From contig JBKBON010000006.1 in NCBI GenBank assembly GCA_046294755.1, forward strand, positions 50,452 to 114,451: a stretch of 64,000 nt of DNA. Direction: 5' to 3'. Shown here in pieces: positions 59,576-64,000 of the stretch. The position numbers and the translations under genes are program-made. Position 1 is the first letter of the stretch; each line of letters opens with the position of its first letter. Below the pieces are notes generated by a model. It saw nothing but the letters and a program-made list of their open reading frames with translations. It had not been told where the DNA came from and did not search any database. Source of the DNA: Allorhizobium sp. (GTDB lineage: Bacteria > Pseudomonadota > Alphaproteobacteria > Rhizobiales > Rhizobiaceae).

Positions 59576-61054
59576 TCAGGGATTCCGGCTCGCGGACATT
59601 TCGCCGAAGATGCGGGCAATTTCGGTCTGCAAATTGGGTTCCTGCGCCGCTTGCGGCGGAGCTGGTGGCGCGCCTGCAGCTTGGCCCGGTTCCGGCAAGA
59701 TCGCCGAGACCGGCAGGCGGGGGCGATCTGCCCGGGTTTCAGGCAGAATTTGCTGCCCCATCGACGTGGGTCTCAGACCCGGTCGCGGATCGGCTGCGAT
59801 ATGAAGCGCCATCTCCTCTTCCAGGACGCGCTCGAAGTCGCTCAGGTCACGGGCCGGTGCTTCCGGCTCGGGCGCCGTCGGGCGGCTTTCAGATGCCGGC
59901 TCGAGGCGCTGTGCGTCGAACGCGCGTGGCTGTGCGGCTGGCTCAGCGGGGGCAAGGACGCGCAGGCGGGCAGCTTCCAGCACATCCTCCGCCGATGGCG
60001 GATCAATAGCGACGGTCGGGGCGGCGGTGGAGGTCTGTGACCCCGCAAACGGCGGCGCTTCTTCGCCGGCACCCTGCTGCTTCTCGCGCGTCATCACCGG
60101 CTCGACTGGCTCAGACCGGAAGCTCTCGATCGGAGGCGATCCTGCGGTCACCGCGGGGCTGACCGCAGGAGTAATGGGGGTCGCATCACGCTCCGGCGAT
60201 ACGGTGGCCGCGTAAGGGGCGGGAGTGTCTGGCCTGATCGGTGGTTCTACGGCCATTACCGCTGCAAGATTGACAGGGGGTGGCGCGAACTTGGGCTCAG
60301 CCTCCCTTGAAGGTTCTGTCGGCTGGGTGGGGCTTTGGAATGGCTCGATCGCCGGCGCCTTATCGGGGGCGGCGGCCTGTGCGACCGGGGCATATGTGGT
60401 CGAGGCCATGGCGGCGGGTGCCGAGGCTATAGTGGCCGCCATGACTGGCGTGGCCAGTGGCGCCGCCGGTCTTTCCGGCGCGGCCTCGGTGGGACGGGGT
60501 GGTACTGGTTGCGGTCGCCTTTGCTCAGTCGTCTGTGCAGCAGGGGTGGGCTGCGGTCGCACAGGTTCTGCCTTCGATGCCTCGCTTGCCGACGGACGCG
60601 ATACAGGCGCTTCCATCGGCACGCGCGCTTCGGAAACCGACGGCGCGTTGAGCGGTGAGCTGCTCTCCGTCACCGCAAGTGCCGGTGCGGCGACAGGTTT
60701 TGGCAATTCCTGCTGCTGTTCCTCGAGCGCATCCTGATTGACAGGCCTCGCGCTGAGGTAGGGACGTTCATCACCGATCCCGCTTTCGATGACGAGATCG
60801 GTCGGTCCCCCGATCATCACGAGGTGTTCGATATTATCTCGACGGATCAGCACGATGCGACGGCGTGTATCGATGGCGGCCGCGTCCAGAACCTGGAGTC
60901 GCGGCTGGCGATTGCGGCCTCCGCGAACAAATGGCGATGGGGCGCGGTTGCGCAGGATCCACAACACGATGAACAGGCAGAGCAGAGCGAGGCTGACGCC
61001 CAATGCCGCCACGAGAAAACGATCGCCATAGGCCGAAATCAGGTCATCCAGCAT
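59576..61054 (-). CDS. FliO-like domain protein with a long Pro/Ala-rich disordered tail
   Basis: TM helix, then RLQVLDAAAIDTRRRIVLIRRDNIEHLVMIGG (FliO-like), then about 390 aa of low-complexity tail; SD AAGGAG before ATG 61054. Confidence 0.82.
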   Translation of the reverse strand: MLDDLISAYGDRFLVAALGVSLALLCLFIVLWILRNRAPSPFVRGGRNRQPRLQVLDAAAIDTRRRIVLIRRDNIEHLVMIGGPTDLVIESGIGDERPYLSARPVNQDALEEQQQELPKPVAAPALAVTESSSPLNAPSVSEARVPMEAPVSRPSASEASKAEPVRPQPTPAAQTTEQRRPQPVPPRPTEAAPERPAAPLATPVMAATIASAPAAMASTTYAPVAQAAAPDKAPAIEPFQSPTQPTEPSREAEPKFAPPPVNLAAVMAVEPPIRPDTPAPYAATVSPERDATPITPAVSPAVTAGSPPIESFRSEPVEPVMTREKQQGAGEEAPPFAGSQTSTAAPTVAIDPPSAEDVLEAARLRVLAPAEPAAQPRAFDAQRLEPASESRPTAPEPEAPARDLSDFERVLEEEMALHIAADPRPGLRPTSMGQQILPETRADRPRLPVSAILPEPGQAAGAPPAPPQAAQEPNLQTEIARIFGEMSASRNP

Positions 61055-61311
61055 GTTCGTGCTCCTTTTGTCTGGCTTTCTGGCAGAAGACGATCGCTTC
61101 CGCAATCTTGCGTGAACGCCGATAGTCAGCCTCAACAACGCAGCAATGTTCCAAATGGTCCCTCACGAATGCGGCAATCCTGTGGGGGAGCAGCGCTGCA
61201 CCGCCTTCTGGCCCTTTCTTTGCTTTTTGCTGTTGCGGCAAATTGATAAACAGGAGACAGCGCCGATTCTCGCTAGGTCGGATCATCCGTGCGCTTAGGC
61301 AAGAGGCATCC

Positions 61312-63933
61312 ATGACACGACAGCAGTACGAACGAGATGGAGACGGCCCCCTGGTCGATCGCCGCAGTGGCGTCGGCACGGCGTTGCGTATCCTTCTGCT
61401 CGCGCTCGTTCTGATCGCGGCCTCCGCAGCCTTCATCTTCTTCAGAGACCAACTGGACAATCAGGTGGTTCTAGGAGTGCTGGGCATCCTGGCGATGATG
61501 GGCATCTTTTTCATCGTCTCGGCCGTTATCGGTTTTGTCGAGGTGATGCCGCAATCCAACAGCGACACGCTCGCCCGCCGCTTTCTTGCCAGCCAGCCCG
61601 AGGGGACGCTGATCACCGACAGCGAAGGCCGGATTGTTTTTGCCAATGCGGCCTATGGCACCATGACGGGCGCGCGCAAGGCGACGGAGGTGCAGACGCT
61701 CGAGGCACTCCTTTCCCGCTACCGCGAATCCAGTGAAGCGCTCTACCGGCTGACCAATGGGTTGCGCGAGGGGCGAGACAGCTATGAGGAGTTCCGGATC
61801 CTGAAACCGCTCGGCAGCCAGACGCCCAACGGTTCCGGCGCGCATTGGTATCGTCTCAAGGCGCGGCTTCTGGCTGGCGAAGGGCGGGGCAAGCCGCTGC
61901 ATGTCTGGCAGATTTCCGACATTACCGCCGAGCGCGATGATCAGGAGCGATTCTTCAAGGAACTGCAGCACGCGATCGACTATCTCGACCATGCTCCGGC
62001 TGGCTTCTTCTCCGCCGGACGCAAGGGCGAGATCTATTACCTCAATGCCACGCTCGCCGAATGGCTCGGTGTCGATCTGACCCAGTTCAACCCCGGCTCC
62101 ATGACCATCTCCGACCTTGTGGCTGGCGAGGGTATGGCACTGATCGATTCGGTGCAGGCCGAACCAGGCCAGACACGGACCGAGACGATTGATCTCGACC
62201 TTCGCCGCGTCAACGGTCAAAGCCTGCCGGTCCGGCTCGTTCATCGCGTCCGTGCGGCGCGGGACGGCGCGCCGGGCGAAAGCCGCTCGATTGTCCTGTC
62301 GCGAAGCCAGGGCGAGGGTGGGGATCAGTCTGACTCTGTCGCATCGATGCGCTTCACGCGCTTCTTCAACAATACGCCGATGGCCATCGCATCCGTCGAT
62401 GGCGAAGGGCGGATCCTGCGCACAAATGCGCCTTTCATGAAGCTCTTTGCCGATATCATCTCGCGCGACGAGATCGAGCGGCATGGTCTGATCGAGGTGG
62501 TGCTGCACGAGAGTGAGCGCGACGGTTTCCGCGAGGCGCTGGCTGCGGCCATGGACCGTCAGGTTGACATTTCGCCGATCGACAGCCGTCATCCGACCAA
62601 TGATGCGCGTCATTTCCGCTTCTACGTCAATGCGGTGATCGACCAAAGCGACGAGGCGCCGGAAGAGGCGGCAATCGTCTACGCGGTCGATGTCACCGAC
62701 CAGAAGGCGCTTGAAGCGCAGATGGCGCAGACGCAGAAGATGAATGCCGTGGGCACGCTGGCCGGCGGTATTGCGCACGACTTCAACAATGTATTGACCG
62801 CCATCCTCTTGTCCTCTGACCATCTGCTGCTGCAGGCGCGGCCCTCTGATGCAAGCTTTGCCGATCTCATGGAGATCAAGCGCAATGCCAACCGTGCCGC
62901 CGTTCTCGTGCGCCAGTTGCTGGCCTTCTCGCGCAAGCAGACCATGCGACCGAGCGTGCTCAACCTGACCGATGTGATCGGTGACCTGAGGATGCTTGTG
63001 GACCGGCTGATTTCGGGCACCAATGTCAAGCTCAAGGTCGAATATGGCCGGGATCTATGGCCGGTGAAGACCGACCTCTCGCAGTTCGAACAGGTTTTGA
63101 TCAACCTTTGCGTCAATGCGCGCGATGCGATGCCGCAGGGCGGCGCGATCACCGTTTCAACGCGCAACGTAGATGCCGAGGAGGCGGGAGCCTTCGGGTA
63201 TCGCGGTCTGCCGTCCGAAGACATGGTGCTTGTCGAGGTTGCCGATAACGGCACCGGTATCGCACCCGAGATCATGGACAAGATTTTCGAGCCCTTCTTC
63301 ACCACCAAGGAAGTGGGGAAGGGGACAGGCCTTGGGCTTGCCATGGTCTATGGCATCGTCAAGCAGTCGGGCGGCTACATTTATCCGGAATCGGAAGTCG
63401 GCAAAGGCACCACCTTCCGCATCTTCCTGCCACGCCACGTGCCAGAGGTTCAGCCGGTCGCGGAAGGGCCGGCGACTGCCTCGGGCAGCGGGGACACGAT
63501 TACCGTCGCGACAGGGAACGGCCATGGGGAGGCGCAGGATTCTCCCGATCTCACCGGCAAATCGGCGGTCGTCCTTCTCGTTGAGGACGAGGAGGCGGTC
63601 CGGCGCGGCGGGAAACGCATGCTGGAGACGCGCGGCTACACCGTTCACGAAGCGGGTTCGGGTGTCGAGGCGCTTGATATCATGGACGAACTGGACGGCG
63701 CCGTGGACATCGTCGTCTCCGACGTCGTGATGCCGGAGATGGACGGCCCCACCCTGCTCACCGAATTGCGCAAGAAATATCCCGACCTGAAGTTCATCTT
63801 CGTTTCGGGCTACGCGGAGGATGCCTTCGCCCGTAATTTGCCGGCCGATGCCAAGTTCGGTTTCCTGCCAAAGCCATTTTCGCTCAAGCAGCTCGCTGTC
63901 GCGGTCCGCGAGATGCTGGACGGCGAAGGCTGA
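61312..63933 (+). CDS. cckA: Cell-cycle hybrid histidine kinase CckA
   Basis: Two TM helices, PAS domains, H-box [40 protein letters not shown], receiver VEDE...[10 protein letters not shown]...SGY...KPF. Confidence 0.95.
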   Translation: MTRQQYERDGDGPLVDRRSGVGTALRILLLALVLIAASAAFIFFRDQLDNQVVLGVLGILAMMGIFFIVSAVIGFVEVMPQSNSDTLARRFLASQPEGTLITDSEGRIVFANAAYGTMTGARKATEVQTLEALLSRYRESSEALYRLTNGLREGRDSYEEFRILKPLGSQTPNGSGAHWYRLKARLLAGEGRGKPLHVWQISDITAERDDQERFFKELQHAIDYLDHAPAGFFSAGRKGEIYYLNATLAEWLGVDLTQFNPGSMTISDLVAGEGMALIDSVQAEPGQTRTETIDLDLRRVNGQSLPVRLVHRVRAARDGAPGESRSIVLSRSQGEGGDQSDSVASMRFTRFFNNTPMAIASVDGEGRILRTNAPFMKLFADIISRDEIERHGLIEVVLHESERDGFREALAAAMDRQVDISPIDSRHPTNDARHFRFYVNAVIDQSDEAPEEAAIVYAVDVTDQKALEAQMAQTQKMNAVGTLAGGIAHDFNNVLTAILLSSDHLLLQARPSDASFADLMEIKRNANRAAVLVRQLLAFSRKQTMRPSVLNLTDVIGDLRMLVDRLISGTNVKLKVEYGRDLWPVKTDLSQFEQVLINLCVNARDAMPQGGAITVSTRNVDAEEAGAFGYRGLPSEDMVLVEVADNGTGIAPEIMDKIFEPFFTTKEVGKGTGLGLAMVYGIVKQSGGYIYPESEVGKGTTFRIFLPRHVPEVQPVAEGPATASGSGDTITVATGNGHGEAQDSPDLTGKSAVVLLVEDEEAVRRGGKRMLETRGYTVHEAGSGVEALDIMDELDGAVDIVVSDVVMPEMDGPTLLTELRKKYPDLKFIFVSGYAEDAFARNLPADAKFGFLPKPFSLKQLAVAVREMLDGEG

Positions 63934-63958
63934 GGAAGTTTTTGGTGCGGCTGTAAAC

Positions 63959-63991
63959 AAGACCCCGCCGGAGCGATCCGGCGGGGTCTTT
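63959..63991 (+). terminator. Intrinsic terminator after cckA
   Basis: AAGACCCCGCCGGA-GCGA-TCCGGCGGGGTCTT followed by T. Confidence 0.8.
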
Positions 63992-64000
63992 GATACCAGC

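Overview
A 64-kb, GC-rich, gene-dense stretch of core chromosome from a Rhizobiaceae alphaproteobacterium (Rhizobium/Agrobacterium/Sinorhizobium-like gene order). It holds about 49 protein genes. Cofactor and central metabolism: mobB/mobA/moaA, class I and class II fumarases, gph-rpiA-gor, class II DAHP synthase, nadE, a cobalamin riboswitch controlling bluB, malic enzyme and folPBK. Signalling: an MCP, two GGDEF proteins, a sinR-sinI-type AHL quorum-sensing pair, sixA, dksA and the cell-cycle kinase cckA. Envelope and polar growth: an OmpA-domain protein, an L,D-transpeptidase, an Mla/Pqi-type lipid transporter operon and the polar-growth scaffold GPR/RgsE. ycjXF is also present. I see no IS, prophage, CRISPR, tRNA or rRNA. 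The most interesting unexplained signals are: (1) a 42-aa single-helix small protein missing from the ORF track (24458-24586, minus strand) behind a highly structured, possibly switchable leader; (2) a candidate sRNA with an exposed anti-SD motif (52135-52263, minus strand); (3) an Hpt protein whose phospho-acceptor His is replaced by Asn, divergent from gpr across CtrA-like boxes and in the same region as sixA, a FliO-like disordered protein and cckA; (4) a catalytically dead TM-HAMP-GGDEF protein between the two fumarases; (5) a perfect lux-box-like palindrome before sinI, next to a SinR with an eroded ligand domain; (6) an OmpA-domain protein with a 13-unit helical repeat bracketed by two Cx11C micro-domains. 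All family assignments come from motif recognition by eye; no database search or folding computation was run.
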